Positions 37,833-48,332 of a stretch of 64,000 bases of DNA are shown here, piece after piece. The notes below the pieces were generated by a model, which was not told the DNA's origin, did not search any database, and was given only the letters and a program-made list of their open reading frames with translations. The position numbers were made by a program, and so were the translations under genes. Origin of the DNA: a virus. Its lineage: Duplodnaviria; Heunggongvirae; Uroviricota; Caudoviricetes. The DNA lies in the IMG/VR virus record IMGVR_UViG_3300031902_000927. One strand, written 5' to 3'. The first letter of the stretch is position 1; each line of letters begins with the position of its first letter.

Positions 37833-38761
37833 CGGAAGACGGCGTAAAGGAATATGTAGAATTTGGAAAGCGAGTTCAAACCTTTGCCAAAAATGTTTTA
37901 ACAGGTAAAGCTGAAACATTACACGGCACATCGACTGAACACTTTTCACAAAGAATTCAAAGAATATACTCGAAGAGTCATTTATATAAAATTGACGAGA
38001 ATACTAAGAAATTATTGATGCTCACAAATGCTCCTAAAGAAAATGGACAAATAAAATTACCTTTTCCAGAAATGTTTATTGGATGTCATTTTACTAAAGA
38101 AGAAATTGAAAAATATACTGGAATCAAAATAGAATATGACGATATATTCGGTTTATTATTACAAGAAGGTGGAGAAAGTGCCGTCTTCGATAAAATTACA
38201 GGCAAATCAACCTTGATGGAATTAAATAATTCAATTAAAATTATTGCTTGTTGTGAAGAAAAATTAAGCGACGGAAGATTCGACGTAGTATTCAATACTA
38301 TGCACGTTAATGTAGTCTTTGATGAAGATTTGGATTATGATGCAATAGCTAACATTAGCAGTAAGGATGCAGAGAAAACCAAAAAGTTTTCAAAGATATT
38401 TATGATGAATGTTTTAAATTTAATTCATAATCCAGAAGTAGAATTTGTCACAAGTAATCGAGATGATAATCAAAATAAAAAGAGAATTAATAGAGGACAA
38501 TTACCATTACCAGGTCAATCAGTAATTAGATTAACAGGCAAGTTAAAAATATATGTTGATAGTCTTTCCGATGGTGAATCATTTACCTATAATCATAAAT
38601 TTTATGTACGAGGATTTTGGAGACAACTTAAATCTGATAGATACGTTAATGCTCTTAAAGAAAATAAATATGGTAGAGGTTTTGGTGTTGTGTGGGTTCT
38701 TCCGTCAATAAAAGGACAGGGCTTACTTATCGAAAAAGACTACGAGGTTAATGTACAATGA
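37829..38761 (+). CDS. hypothetical protein (310 aa)
   Basis: ATGA overlap both sides. Confidence 0.45.
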   Translation: MTEDGVKEYVEFGKRVQTFAKNVLTGKAETLHGTSTEHFSQRIQRIYSKSHLYKIDENTKKLLMLTNAPKENGQIKLPFPEMFIGCHFTKEEIEKYTGIKIEYDDIFGLLLQEGGESAVFDKITGKSTLMELNNSIKIIACCEEKLSDGRFDVVFNTMHVNVVFDEDLDYDAIANISSKDAEKTKKFSKIFMMNVLNLIHNPEVEFVTSNRDDNQNKKRINRGQLPLPGQSVIRLTGKLKIYVDSLSDGESFTYNHKFYVRGFWRQLKSDRYVNALKENKYGRGFGVVWVLPSIKGQGLLIEKDYEVNVQ

Positions 38762-38928
38762 AACTTAAATTATATCGAGAATATTTTTTGATTGGATTAT
38801 GTATAATAACTATAATTGGATTTTGTTTTGCAGAATATTTGACTACTACTAAAGAGTTTAGATATGAAGTTATGATTTTAATTGCAATAGTTGGTTTATA
38901 TTTTCCAAATAAGAAGAGGTCAAAATGA
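38758..38928 (+). CDS. small membrane protein (56 aa)
   Basis: 2 TM. Confidence 0.3.
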   Translation: MKLKLYREYFLIGLCIITIIGFCFAEYLTTTKEFRYEVMILIAIVGLYFPNKKRSK

Positions 38929-39446
38929 AATTAAGAATTGAAATAGATAATGAAGAAATGTCGGCAGTACAAACTTGCGAGACTTTACAAAAAACTATTA
39001 CTAATGTTATAGCAATTGCTAATAAACAAACAGGTGAATTCAAAAATAAACTTCAAATGGAATTAAAAGTTATGCCAGAATTTAAGATGATTGAAATATC
39101 TTTTGAAGGCAAGAAAATTGACGAAGATATGAAAAATAAAAATGATATTACTATCTTTATACTTCAAATGAAAAAAGATAAAACCGAAGAACAACGTCTT
39201 GATGATGTTATTTTTATGTCAATTGAAGTATTTATTGAGAATTGGTTAAAATATAGAATTAAACAAATAACGATTGATTATGATAAAGAGAAATGTTTAG
39301 TTGAAATTCCACGAGGATTTAATAATCCAACATTATATTACGATTCTTTATGTGGTTATCATCAAGATTCTTTTCTTTGGAAGTCAAATTATGACATTAC
39401 TGATGAATTACATAAGGTAGGAGGATTGAAAGATGATTATAATTAA
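38925..39446 (+). CDS. hypothetical protein
   Basis: 173 aa. Confidence 0.4.
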   Translation: MKLRIEIDNEEMSAVQTCETLQKTITNVIAIANKQTGEFKNKLQMELKVMPEFKMIEISFEGKKIDEDMKNKNDITIFILQMKKDKTEEQRLDDVIFMSIEVFIENWLKYRIKQITIDYDKEKCLVEIPRGFNNPTLYYDSLCGYHQDSFLWKSNYDITDELHKVGGLKDDYN

Positions 39447-39559
39447 ATCAATTGAAGATGGGAAACAAAAGACTAGAAGATTTGATTTATCTAGGAATGA
39501 TGAAAAGAATATCATACCAATATTATCTGCTCTTGAAGATTTGAATAATAGAGAGATTA

Positions 39560-40054
39560 ATGATTAAAATGAATGAAAATAAGATAACTAAACATTCAAT
39601 CGACATTGAACCAACTTGGATGGGTATATTAAGTATTACTGATGCAGATAACATCGAAGAAATGCGCCCAAACCTCGAAAAAATGGCAGCCGTAAGCGAT
39701 ATTTTACGTCAAGCGCAGAAAGAGTTCAAGACAATAATATGCTATCCAGATGGAAGAATCGAGGAAATGACTTCACAACAAATGTTAATGTTAGATAACA
39801 CTAAAAAAGATATTTCACTTAAACAAACAATTATTAAAAAATTAAGATATGAGATTGATAACAAATTTACTTCTTATGAAGAAAAATGTTGTTTATTAGA
39901 GATTCTTAAAATGATTGAAATGATAGGAGAAAAATGTCCAAAATGTCATTATGAAAAATATTCAATGTGTTCTGTTGCTTGTCATTGTTGGATGTTAGAA
40001 ACAGGTAAGATTACACAAAAGCAATATGATGAAATAATTAGAGGTTTAAAATGA
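39560..40054 (+). CDS. hypothetical protein with CPKCH...C...CHC motif
   Basis: 164 aa. Confidence 0.4.
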   Translation: MIKMNENKITKHSIDIEPTWMGILSITDADNIEEMRPNLEKMAAVSDILRQAQKEFKTIICYPDGRIEEMTSQQMLMLDNTKKDISLKQTIIKKLRYEIDNKFTSYEEKCCLLEILKMIEMIGEKCPKCHYEKYSMCSVACHCWMLETGKITQKQYDEIIRGLK

Positions 40055-40404
40055 ATCTAAATCCAAAGAGTAATTTATTAGTAGCTGAAACATTATTACA
40101 AAGAGTCAAAGCAAAATTTGTTGAATTAAAAGAAGATAAGACAAGTATATGGTATGAATGTTTTGATAATTGTAGAGAGCAAGGATTTGTTATAATAGTT
40201 TGGTGTAAACCAGATGCTTTAAGGATTGCATTTAGTGAACATAGAAATTCCGATAGTATTGTCGTGTATAAATACAGAAAAAATAAAGGAGTTTCAAATT
40301 TACCAGATGAAGGTGAATGGGAAAATAACCGACATTTTGGTTACGGCAATTATGATGATGCAGCAGAATATATATTTAATTTAATTAAAGAGGAGATGAA
40401 ATAA
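40051..40404 (+). CDS. hypothetical protein
   Basis: 117 aa. Confidence 0.4.
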   Translation: MNLNPKSNLLVAETLLQRVKAKFVELKEDKTSIWYECFDNCREQGFVIIVWCKPDALRIAFSEHRNSDSIVVYKYRKNKGVSNLPDEGEWENNRHFGYGNYDDAAEYIFNLIKEEMK

Positions 40405-40661
40405 TGAAAATTGATTTTGAATATCGAGAATTAATTACGATAAAAGAAGTAATTAATAATAGAAATCAACACAATTGGTTAAAATTATCTAATAGAATTA
40501 AAAAAGGAACATCTTTTGAAGAGGTCAAAGCTATCAAAAAAGAATTTGATGAAAATGTAAATCCTTGGACAGAAGAGGGTAGATGTAATTCAATCTTAAA
40601 AAAGATTGAAGATTTTGAAACAAAAGTTGCAAAACTAATGGATGGTCAAAATGAAAATTAA
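40404..40661 (+). CDS. hypothetical protein
   Basis: 85 aa. Confidence 0.4.
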   Translation: MKIDFEYRELITIKEVINNRNQHNWLKLSNRIKKGTSFEEVKAIKKEFDENVNPWTEEGRCNSILKKIEDFETKVAKLMDGQNEN

Positions 40662-42012
40662 ATTAGAAATAGAAATGCCGATTGAAATTGTAGGAAATTA
40701 CGTCGTGATAAAATCACAAGAGACTATGAATCAATTATTTGGTATAGTATTACCTTTAGGAGTTAATGAATTTGAAGATAATTATTCCATACCATTGTCA
40801 AGATTTAAAGAAATTTACAAAGAAAAAAGTTTCGAGTTAAATCATATTTTAGGAAAGATAAAAGATTTACAACAAAAAACTTCGATAATGAAACAAATTT
40901 TAGAAGGTCGAGATATAGATAATATTAAACAATCTAAACCTATAAAGAAGTGGTTTGATGCAGAGAATAATATAAAACCAAAATCAAATAATTTTGGGCA
41001 AGAATGGACAGAAAAAGAATTAGATATTTTAAAGAAAAATATAAAACTTACTTCAAAGCAGCTAAAAGTTATTTTACCAAATCGAAGTATAAAATCCATT
41101 TCTATAAAGAAGTGGAAAGTCGGAGTAGATATTGAAAATATTGAAAACAGAAATATTCCTTCACCTTGGAGTCAAAAAGATTGTGAAGTTATTTTAAATA
41201 ATTTAGATAAAACTAATCAAGAGCTTGTCGATTTATTATCAGAAAAAAGAACTTATACGAGTGTAGCAATGAAGAAATGTCAATTGATGAAAGCAAACAA
41301 TATCAAAGTAGACCCAAATGTTAGAAAGAAGTCTTTAGAGGCACGTTCACTTTCAACAACAACTTTATCTTCAAATAAAGCTTGGAGTCGTGGAGAATTA
41401 CAAACATTAAAGAATAATCCAAAAGCAACTTATAAAGAGTTAATGCAATATCTTCCAGGACGTTCTAAGATAGCAGTTAAACAAGCAAGATATAAGTTGA
41501 AACATAATGCAAAGTTATTTGAAAATTTGATGAAAAATAGCGTTGATGTAACCGATTCTGTTGAACACAATGAGGAAGTTATTAAAAAAGCTAAAGAAAT
41601 TGAACAAACTGAAAAGCTAGATTTTTGGAATGATATTGACAAAAAAGCAAAAGAGTTATCAGAAGAAATAGAAAATTCTGAAAAAGAAATTTCAAATACT
41701 ATTATGGTTGATGAAATTTCTAAATTTAATAAAAAAGAAATTTCTTATTCGATGATTGATTTAAGTAAAATGAAGCTTTTAGATGCAACTGTACGACATA
41801 ATTTGATTGGTAAAAAAGTATTATCTTTCAGAGACGTTGCTTGGATTCCAACAACTTATGAAAATAAGAAATGGAATATAGACATATGGAATCAATTTAT
41901 TGACGAATTTATGTATCAATCAGATATGATTGCAGAATTTTATGGAGTAAAAAATACATTCGTTGTTAATAATGACGATGATATGAAAAAGATAAAAATA
42001 TTTGAAGAATAA
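40642..42012 (+). CDS. protein with three tandem SANT/Myb-like helix-turn-helix repeats
   Basis: EWTEKELDILKKN..LPNRSIKSISIKKWK / PWSQKDCEVIL..LSEKRTYTSVAMKK / AWSRGELQTLKNN..LPGRSKIAVKQARYK. Confidence 0.5.
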   Translation: MVKMKIKLEIEMPIEIVGNYVVIKSQETMNQLFGIVLPLGVNEFEDNYSIPLSRFKEIYKEKSFELNHILGKIKDLQQKTSIMKQILEGRDIDNIKQSKPIKKWFDAENNIKPKSNNFGQEWTEKELDILKKNIKLTSKQLKVILPNRSIKSISIKKWKVGVDIENIENRNIPSPWSQKDCEVILNNLDKTNQELVDLLSEKRTYTSVAMKKCQLMKANNIKVDPNVRKKSLEARSLSTTTLSSNKAWSRGELQTLKNNPKATYKELMQYLPGRSKIAVKQARYKLKHNAKLFENLMKNSVDVTDSVEHNEEVIKKAKEIEQTEKLDFWNDIDKKAKELSEEIENSEKEISNTIMVDEISKFNKKEISYSMIDLSKMKLLDATVRHNLIGKKVLSFRDVAWIPTTYENKKWNIDIWNQFIDEFMYQSDMIAEFYGVKNTFVVNNDDDMKKIKIFEE

Positions 42013-42032
42013 GATTATTAAGGAGGCCTAAA

Positions 42033-43040
42033 ATGGAATTACAAAAAATAAATAAAAAATTAATCAATTTCGACCCACAAAATCCACGTGTAGATTTTGA
42101 TAAAAATGAATTGGAACAACTTCAAGCAAGTATTGAAGATAGAGGACAATTAGAACCTGTACACCTGGAAGAATTATCTAAAGACTCTTTTCTAGTTAAT
42201 GAAGGTAATATGAGAGTTGCAGCTATAAAAAAGTCTACTAAAGTTGATTATGTCTTGGCAATTATCGAAAAAAAGCTTACAGATGAAGATAGATTACTCA
42301 AACAAATCATAATCGATACACATCGAAAGAATTGGTCTACGTTCGACCGTGACAAGTCTTGGAAAAAACTTTGGTTGATGGGACAATTTCATTATGATGT
42401 CGATACTTTTGCTAAAAAGATTTCCGTTACTAAAGATACTGTCGAAGCTTTTGTCGATAGAATGAATCTTGGTGAAGAATTTATATCAAAAATGAAAAAT
42501 ATTAGTGCATCAAATATAACGGAAACTAAAAGAATCAATGATATTAAATTACGTAAAAAAGTATTAGCATATGCTGATAAAAAAGGACTCACCAGAAATG
42601 ATGTTAGAAAGCTTACAGAAGTAGCTAATAAGGTTTCTGATGAAGTTATGGATGATTTGACTAATGATAAGATTTCGATTGATGATGCTTCAAATATGAA
42701 AGGAATGACGGTCAAAGAACAATCTATGGCATTGGTTACTACAAAAGCTTTGAATCACCACAAGAAAAAGCTTAAATCAATGATTAGTAAAGGCAGCATA
42801 AAGGAGTCAAAACCTCTAATTGAGGCAACAAATAAAGTTAATGAGTTCCAGACAAGATTCTTCAAATTAAGTGCAGATTTGAGAGATATGGGCTACGCTT
42901 TGGAAGAATTAGGAAAGAAAGATATTAAAAAAGAGATTAACGAACCAATGCGAATAATTTTGAAGGGTTGTCTCAAAGAATTGAAGAGTAAAGTTGAACC
43001 TGCTATAAAAAAGCTTGAAGATAATTTGGGGGACTTGTAA
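42033..43040 (+). CDS. ParB/Srx-like nuclease-domain protein
   Basis: INFDPQNPRVDFDKNELEQLQASIEDRGQLEPV...NEGNMRVAAI resembles ParB N-terminal box. Confidence 0.55.
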   Translation: MELQKINKKLINFDPQNPRVDFDKNELEQLQASIEDRGQLEPVHLEELSKDSFLVNEGNMRVAAIKKSTKVDYVLAIIEKKLTDEDRLLKQIIIDTHRKNWSTFDRDKSWKKLWLMGQFHYDVDTFAKKISVTKDTVEAFVDRMNLGEEFISKMKNISASNITETKRINDIKLRKKVLAYADKKGLTRNDVRKLTEVANKVSDEVMDDLTNDKISIDDASNMKGMTVKEQSMALVTTKALNHHKKKLKSMISKGSIKESKPLIEATNKVNEFQTRFFKLSADLRDMGYALEELGKKDIKKEINEPMRIILKGCLKELKSKVEPAIKKLEDNLGDL

Positions 43041-43041
43041 A

Positions 43042-43947
43042 ATGACTGATAATATAAGTTTTCAAAAAGAATCTAATTACGGAACAGATAGAATTGACAT
43101 TCACGCGCAAATTAAATTGGATGAAAGACAATGCGATTGCGCTATTGCTATCTGGAAAAAGATGGGAGTATTTGAAACAGAGGCAAGTATAATGAAAGTA
43201 GTTCGAGATAGATTTGATGAAGAGAAGTGTATCTGGCCGAGAACTTTTAGAAATTACGATATTGATAATGAAAAAGATTACAATAAGATGAAGAGATTTA
43301 CTTCACAAATCATCGAAAGATATAAAGACAACATTCATTTTACTGGAGTAGATAGAATAGATTTCCGTAAAAATAATGATGCTTGGACGATAATTTGTAA
43401 ACCAGGTAAAGAATTTACTAATCGAAAATATAATTTTGGTATAGGTACATCAGCAACAAATTTTGCGAAATCAAGTAAGATAAATTTAGAATTTGCTTTA
43501 AATCGACGTAGTTTTTCAGATTTCTTACAAAGAATCGACAAGAAAGTACCAAATTTAATTGATAGAAGGACACTTTTACAAGAGATTATAGAAAGCGCAC
43601 AACAAAAAGCAAGAGACGTTGATGATATGATTTTATTAGGTGATGCAGAAAGTAATGGGGGAATAATAACTAGAATAGAACATCAACGTGATGTTCAAGA
43701 AACAGAACCTACACCTATTAATGAAGAAGTAGATGTTTATGGAACTCATATGTGTATTCCAAATCAAATAAAATCTTGTCCGACTAATAATAATGACGAT
43801 ATTTGTGAAACTTGTAATCATTCACGTTTGGAGCACATCGAAGGATGGAAACAAGGCGATGGATGTAGTCATATAAATAAGGCACACGCGCAATGTTGTT
43901 CAGACGAATATTGTGATTGTAAATCATTTAAGGAGATAATAAAATGA
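43042..43947 (+). CDS. hypothetical protein with C-terminal Cys/His-rich metal-binding region
   Basis: CETCNHSRLEH...GCSH...CCSDEYCDCK. Confidence 0.45.
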   Translation: MTDNISFQKESNYGTDRIDIHAQIKLDERQCDCAIAIWKKMGVFETEASIMKVVRDRFDEEKCIWPRTFRNYDIDNEKDYNKMKRFTSQIIERYKDNIHFTGVDRIDFRKNNDAWTIICKPGKEFTNRKYNFGIGTSATNFAKSSKINLEFALNRRSFSDFLQRIDKKVPNLIDRRTLLQEIIESAQQKARDVDDMILLGDAESNGGIITRIEHQRDVQETEPTPINEEVDVYGTHMCIPNQIKSCPTNNNDDICETCNHSRLEHIEGWKQGDGCSHINKAHAQCCSDEYCDCKSFKEIIK

Positions 43948-44087
43948 GTGAACTTAAAATTTTTACAAAAGAAGAATGGTCTTATTTTACAGGAAAAATA
44001 AATTTTGGAGCATCATTTCTTGATGCAAGAGCTATTCGTATTATGAATAAGCCTTATAACAAAGAAAATGATTGTGATGAAAAATGA
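43944..44087 (+). CDS. small ORF (47 aa)
   Basis: ATGA overlap. Confidence 0.25.
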   Translation: MSELKIFTKEEWSYFTGKINFGASFLDARAIRIMNKPYNKENDCDEK

Positions 44088-44405
44088 TTGACATTGAAGA
44101 AATGATGGAAAGATTTTTCGAACATTTAAGAAAATAGACGGATATAGTTTTATGATTGGATTTTTATCTGCTCTTGTAGGATTAGCATTTGGTGTAGCTT
44201 TATTTTTAATAATACTTGGAATGACAAAATAATCATTCCGAATTGTAAACTAATAATGGAGGAAACAAAATGAATAAAAATTTGGGAATTTTGGGTATAA
44301 TGTTGTTATTGGCAATTGGAACAGTTGCAGCAACAGGGTATGCTGAAAAAGTTCGAAAACAGAATGGAGAAACTTTTTACAATTATATGTTAGAAAGAGG
44401 TAAGA

Positions 44406-44687
44406 ATGGTAAAAACTAAAGAACACATAATGATGGATAACCTAGAACGACAAAAAGAATGGGTCGAAGCTTTTAAAGAGTATCTTCCAAAAGCACCTAA
44501 ACACGAAGTAGAATCGATTATGAATAAAAATACAGGTATTTTGATGGATGTCTTACGATTACAAGCTCTGACAGAATATTTGCTTAAAATTAAAAATCCT
44601 CCTTTAAGAAATGTTGATTATGCTATAATGCGCCACGGAAATATACGTGCAAAGATTTCAAAAAGATATAAAATATTATTGAGGTAA
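44406..44687 (+). CDS. hypothetical protein
   Basis: 93 aa. Confidence 0.4.
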   Translation: MVKTKEHIMMDNLERQKEWVEAFKEYLPKAPKHEVESIMNKNTGILMDVLRLQALTEYLLKIKNPPLRNVDYAIMRHGNIRAKISKRYKILLR

Positions 44688-44689
44688 AA

Positions 44690-44917
44690 ATGGCAAATAA
44701 AAAATTATTCAATGTTTTAGGACAAGTTTGGTTTACTTTGAGAAGCGACCAAATTGTTGGAATTGTTTTAATGAACAACGGTTACGAAGATAAAGCTTAT
44801 ATTGGAATGGGAAAAGTCGAAGATAAACAAGCCGACATAGATTTTATATTGGCTTGGGGAAAACCATTTCCTGTTGAAGCAGCAAAATTAATCTTTACAG
44901 GTAAAAATGATTATTGA
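44690..44917 (+). CDS. hypothetical protein
   Basis: 75 aa. Confidence 0.4.
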   Translation: MANKKLFNVLGQVWFTLRSDQIVGIVLMNNGYEDKAYIGMGKVEDKQADIDFILAWGKPFPVEAAKLIFTGKNDY

Positions 44918-45224
44918 AAACTTTAATTTATTCAGTTGGTGTATAGGCGTAGCTTTTGGACTACTTGCAGGTTGGCTGCTTACTTGGACTATATACTCGG
45001 CAAAGATGCGCAAATTAACAATATCTTTATGGAGTTATAAAGACGATGTTTGGGACAGTATTTTTGATTGGTCCAATAAAGAACTAAAAAATATTGAAAC
45101 AAAAGATATATTTTCACCACAAGGCAAGATAATTTATCATAACGTCATATTGAATTTTCAAGGTTTCATTCGAGAAGAAAAGCTTAAATTAACTAAAATC
45201 AAGAGGGACAAATGCCAAAAATAA
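44907..45224 (+). CDS. membrane-anchored protein
   Basis: TM WCIGVAFGLLAGWLLTWTIY. Confidence 0.4.
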   Translation: MIIENFNLFSWCIGVAFGLLAGWLLTWTIYSAKMRKLTISLWSYKDDVWDSIFDWSNKELKNIETKDIFSPQGKIIYHNVILNFQGFIREEKLKLTKIKRDKCQK

Positions 45225-45571
45225 TAATAACTACTGAAAATTGGACAGATTGTACATATTGTAATAAAACAAATATAGAAACAGAACAAGAAGGAGCACC
45301 AATAAGCGGTTTTTATCCAGTATGTAAAGAATGTAGAAGAATAGAAGCAGAATTTTATGATGATAAAAAAGGATTAATATATCAAGAAAATGAGACTTCT
45401 GAAACAGTTTATACTAAAGATGAAATCAAAGAATTTAAAGAAAAATTAAAAGGAAATATATGTGACAAAAGAACATATGATGAAAAGACAAGGTTATTGA
45501 TTCCTTGTAACAAATGTTATTTTTGTATTAAATTAGACAACAATTTCAAAAACGGATTAAAAATTGAGTGA
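45212..45571 (+). CDS. zinc-ribbon protein
   Basis: CTYC...CKEC...CNKC. Confidence 0.4.
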   Translation: MPKIIITTENWTDCTYCNKTNIETEQEGAPISGFYPVCKECRRIEAEFYDDKKGLIYQENETSETVYTKDEIKEFKEKLKGNICDKRTYDEKTRLLIPCNKCYFCIKLDNNFKNGLKIE

Positions 45572-45577
45572 AATAAA

Positions 45578-45778
45578 ATGAACGAATGTCATACTGAAAG
45601 AGAAGTAAGAATTTATACTTATCATACAATTACTTTGAAAAATCCATCAATTGATGGTATTGGTAGATTACATTTGTGGTGTAAAAATTGTGTCGCTAAA
45701 ACTATCTGTATGAATGGAAAGTTAAAAGATTATAGAGAAGGACAAGTAATTAAAACATTACACGGTGGAGAAGTATGA
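45578..45778 (+). CDS. small zinc-ribbon protein
   Basis: CHTE...CKNCVAKTIC. Confidence 0.4.
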   Translation: MNECHTEREVRIYTYHTITLKNPSIDGIGRLHLWCKNCVAKTICMNGKLKDYREGQVIKTLHGGEV

Positions 45779-45873
45779 AGTGCAAAAATTGTAATAAAAC
45801 ATTGACAGATGAAGATAGAGTAGAAGGTTATTTAACAATCTATCAACATTGTGGAGAATATTATTTCGCTTAA
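45775..45873 (+). CDS. tiny zinc-ribbon protein (32 aa)
   Basis: MKCKNCNK...QHCG. Confidence 0.3.
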   Translation: MKCKNCNKTLTDEDRVEGYLTIYQHCGEYYFA

Positions 45874-45882
45874 AAGTGGAGA

Positions 45883-45939
45883 GATGCCAGGCCGCGTGAC
45901 ACATTGTGACGGCCTCTCAATTAGTTCTGGTCTGGCATC
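45883..45939 (+). other. GC-rich compound hairpin
   Basis: Outer GATGCCAG/CTGGCATC and inner AGGCCG/CGGCCT stems. Confidence 0.35.
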
Positions 45940-45962
45940 CCACAATTTATATGGAGAATAAA

Positions 45963-46232
45963 ATGAGTTACGAACCAAGAATATTATTAGAAAAGAAGGA
46001 TTTATTAGCAATTGAAAACAAATTACTTGCCAAGGAATTTGACGAAAAAGCTAGAGTGGAGAAGTATTTACTCGAACAACTTCGGTATGAACCTTGTATA
46101 TTCAAGTGTAAATTATCTTTCCCTTCTTGCGACCACGAATTATTAATAATGAAACCAGAACTTTCAAGCTTTAATGCAGAAGTTAGAAAGTTTTTAGATA
46201 AAAATAAAATTTATTATGCGATAGATTATTGA
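45963..46232 (+). CDS. hypothetical protein
   Basis: ATG 45963 after GGAGAATAAA; track ORF opens inside the hairpin. Confidence 0.4.
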   Translation: MSYEPRILLEKKDLLAIENKLLAKEFDEKARVEKYLLEQLRYEPCIFKCKLSFPSCDHELLIMKPELSSFNAEVRKFLDKNKIYYAIDY

Positions 46233-46349
46233 GGATTAAAATGGAAAATACATTTAATTTTATAAGAATTCGAAATGAAGATGATGTCCGTCTGGTGCAA
46301 GGGTATTGAATTATAGAGAAGTAAAAGAATATAGTTGGGTTGAGAAAAA

Positions 46350-46742
46350 ATGAAAATAACAAAAGGAACAATACTTAATATAAAATCGGTCAGAAAAGGA
46401 GACTTCGAAGGCATAGCTTCCGAAGACTTTGATACAAATGATGAATGGTATCACGTTAAAGTTAATCAGAAAGAATCTATTTCTGGATTATCTACTATTT
46501 GGCATTATGGTGATGAAATACCTTGCCGTAAAGGAATAGAATATATAATGTTCGAATGTGATGTATGTCATAAATATAAAAAAGAAATTGAATTTTCATC
46601 GATAGGTGACATTGGTAAATATTGTAAATTGTGTATTCAAGAAATAGAAGAATCAGATGATAATTATTGTTGTGAAGAATGTGACCCAAATCGTAGAGAT
46701 GATGATGAATCTGACCCAAATCGTAGAGATGATGAAGAATGA
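46350..46742 (+). CDS. Cys-rich protein with C-terminal 10-aa tandem repeat
   Basis: CDVCHKY...CKLC...CCEEC; DPNRRDDDES/DPNRRDDEE from a 30-bp tandem duplication (46684-46741). Confidence 0.45.
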   Translation: MKITKGTILNIKSVRKGDFEGIASEDFDTNDEWYHVKVNQKESISGLSTIWHYGDEIPCRKGIEYIMFECDVCHKYKKEIEFSSIGDIGKYCKLCIQEIEESDDNYCCEECDPNRRDDDESDPNRRDDEE

Positions 46743-47098
46743 ACGAACTAGATATTGAAAGAATAAGGCAAGATGCCAAAATGTCGATGTTAAAAGATGG
46801 AAATTTAATGCCTCTTGTATATTTAGAAAAAAGAGATGGTATTATTTTCCATTTCGAATTACATAATAACTTCGAAACTGTTGTATTAATGTTAAAAAGT
46901 GGAACATATAAAAGTTATTTACACGTTTACAAAAAAGAATACAAAGTTAATTACATTAAAAAACAAGCAATATCAATTGTGTATAAAGACGAATTTGGGC
47001 AAGGATTTGATGAGATAATACCATTCATTCAGACCCAAACTAAGGTATATTTTGACGTGCCTGTACACAGAAAGACAAATACTAAATTTGTGGAGTAA
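46739..47098 (+). CDS. hypothetical protein
   Basis: 119 aa. Confidence 0.4.
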   Translation: MNELDIERIRQDAKMSMLKDGNLMPLVYLEKRDGIIFHFELHNNFETVVLMLKSGTYKSYLHVYKKEYKVNYIKKQAISIVYKDEFGQGFDEIIPFIQTQTKVYFDVPVHRKTNTKFVE

Positions 47099-47101
47099 AT
47101 A

Positions 47102-47260
47102 ATGAAATGTCCGTTGTGTGGTAATTATTTTCAACAAGAAAATACAACATTTTATCGAATATATCCAAAAGGAAAAGAACCAATAAGGGTTTGTAAAGAT
47201 TGTTGTGATGAATTTAAACGTGAGGAGGAAAAGAATGGCACAAAAGAAAGAAAGTTTTAA
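47102..47260 (+). CDS. tiny zinc-ribbon protein (52 aa)
   Basis: MKCPLCGNYF...CKDCCDEF. Confidence 0.3.
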   Translation: MKCPLCGNYFQQENTTFYRIYPKGKEPIRVCKDCCDEFKREEEKNGTKERKF

Positions 47261-47429
47261 GGCAAGAATAACAGCAGAAGCATATTACAATGAATTATTT
47301 TCATTGGAAACAAGAAAGAAAGAACTGACAACAGAATTACAATCAATAAATAAAAGAATGGAAGAATTAAATAAAATGGAAATCAGTAATGATGCCAGAA
47401 CAATTGCAATGACAAGAAGTAGACAATAA
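47235..47429 (+). CDS. small coiled-coil protein (paralog of 48663..48860)
   Basis: GAGGAGGAAAAG SD; shared KARITAEAYYNELFSLETRKKEL. Confidence 0.45.
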   Translation: MAQKKESFKARITAEAYYNELFSLETRKKELTTELQSINKRMEELNKMEISNDARTIAMTRSRQ

Positions 47430-47439
47430 TGGAGGAAAA

Positions 47440-47754
47440 ATGAAAATAACAGAAAAAGGAATGGAAATATCTAAGTATATTATAACAATTGAAGGTATTG
47501 ATTACTTTAATCCAAATACCGATGTGTATTTTAAGCTTGATAGTAAAGCAAAACCACACGAAGAACACACAACTTGGAATTTTTATTGCAACCCACACAC
47601 AGGCGACATACATTATGCCACAAGAAAAGGTTGTCAAATGGGTGGCGGATTTTTTGAACAACATTTCCGTAAACAAGACATAAAGAAATTTAAAGAAATA
47701 TGTAGAAAGGCCAAAGATGATGTGTTGAAATATGTAGAAAAAGGCCAAAGATGA
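47440..47754 (+). CDS. hypothetical protein, 3' end altered by a 32-34-bp tandem duplication
   Basis: Duplication 47697-47762 introduces frameshift and stop. Confidence 0.4.
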   Translation: MKITEKGMEISKYIITIEGIDYFNPNTDVYFKLDSKAKPHEEHTTWNFYCNPHTGDIHYATRKGCQMGGGFFEQHFRKQDIKKFKEICRKAKDDVLKYVEKGQR

Positions 47755-47795
47755 TGTGTTGAAACAATTAGAAAATATAAAACTAAAGGTGTAAA

Positions 47796-48068
47796 ATGAA
47801 CTACAAATTAATTGCAAGAAAATGGGCGATTGAAATATTAAAAATATTGAAAAACTCCGAGGATAAATTAAGATACAATGAAATAAAAAAGAAATTACCA
47901 AGAACAACTCCAAAACAATTATCACTTTGTTTGAATGATTTGGTTTATGAAAAAATTATAACAAAAGAAATCATTTCAACTAAAATGCCTATTCAATGTT
48001 GGTATTCTTTAACAAATAAAGGTAATAAACTTATGATTATTTTAGAAGATTTGGAGAAACTAAAATGA
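47796..48068 (+). CDS. HxlR/MarR-like winged-helix transcription regulator
   Basis: KWAIEILKIL...LRYNEIKKKL...KQLSLCLNDLVYEKII...YSLTNKG. Confidence 0.5.
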   Translation: MNYKLIARKWAIEILKILKNSEDKLRYNEIKKKLPRTTPKQLSLCLNDLVYEKIITKEIISTKMPIQCWYSLTNKGNKLMIILEDLEKLK

Positions 48069-48332
48069 ATATATCAAAAAGATTAGAACAAGCACAATTT
48101 TATTTTGAAGACGGAGCTATAGATACTACGATAGATATTCTAAATACTTGTTTAATTGATTTAAAAAATATAAAAGAAGCTAAAGACAAATTATTAGCAG
48201 AACAAATATTATCTGGGAAGGCGAAAGTATGAAAATAATATTAGATGTTGATGGGGATTTAAATCAGATGATTGATTATATCAATGCAATAAATATTGAT
48301 AATGATTTAATCAATAGTATAACTTTTGAGAA

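Noticed and set aside
47383-47925. 180-aa minus-strand ORF
   Set aside because: It overlaps two well-supported + strand genes and is low-complexity and hydrophobic. It looks like an AT-rich antisense artefact.
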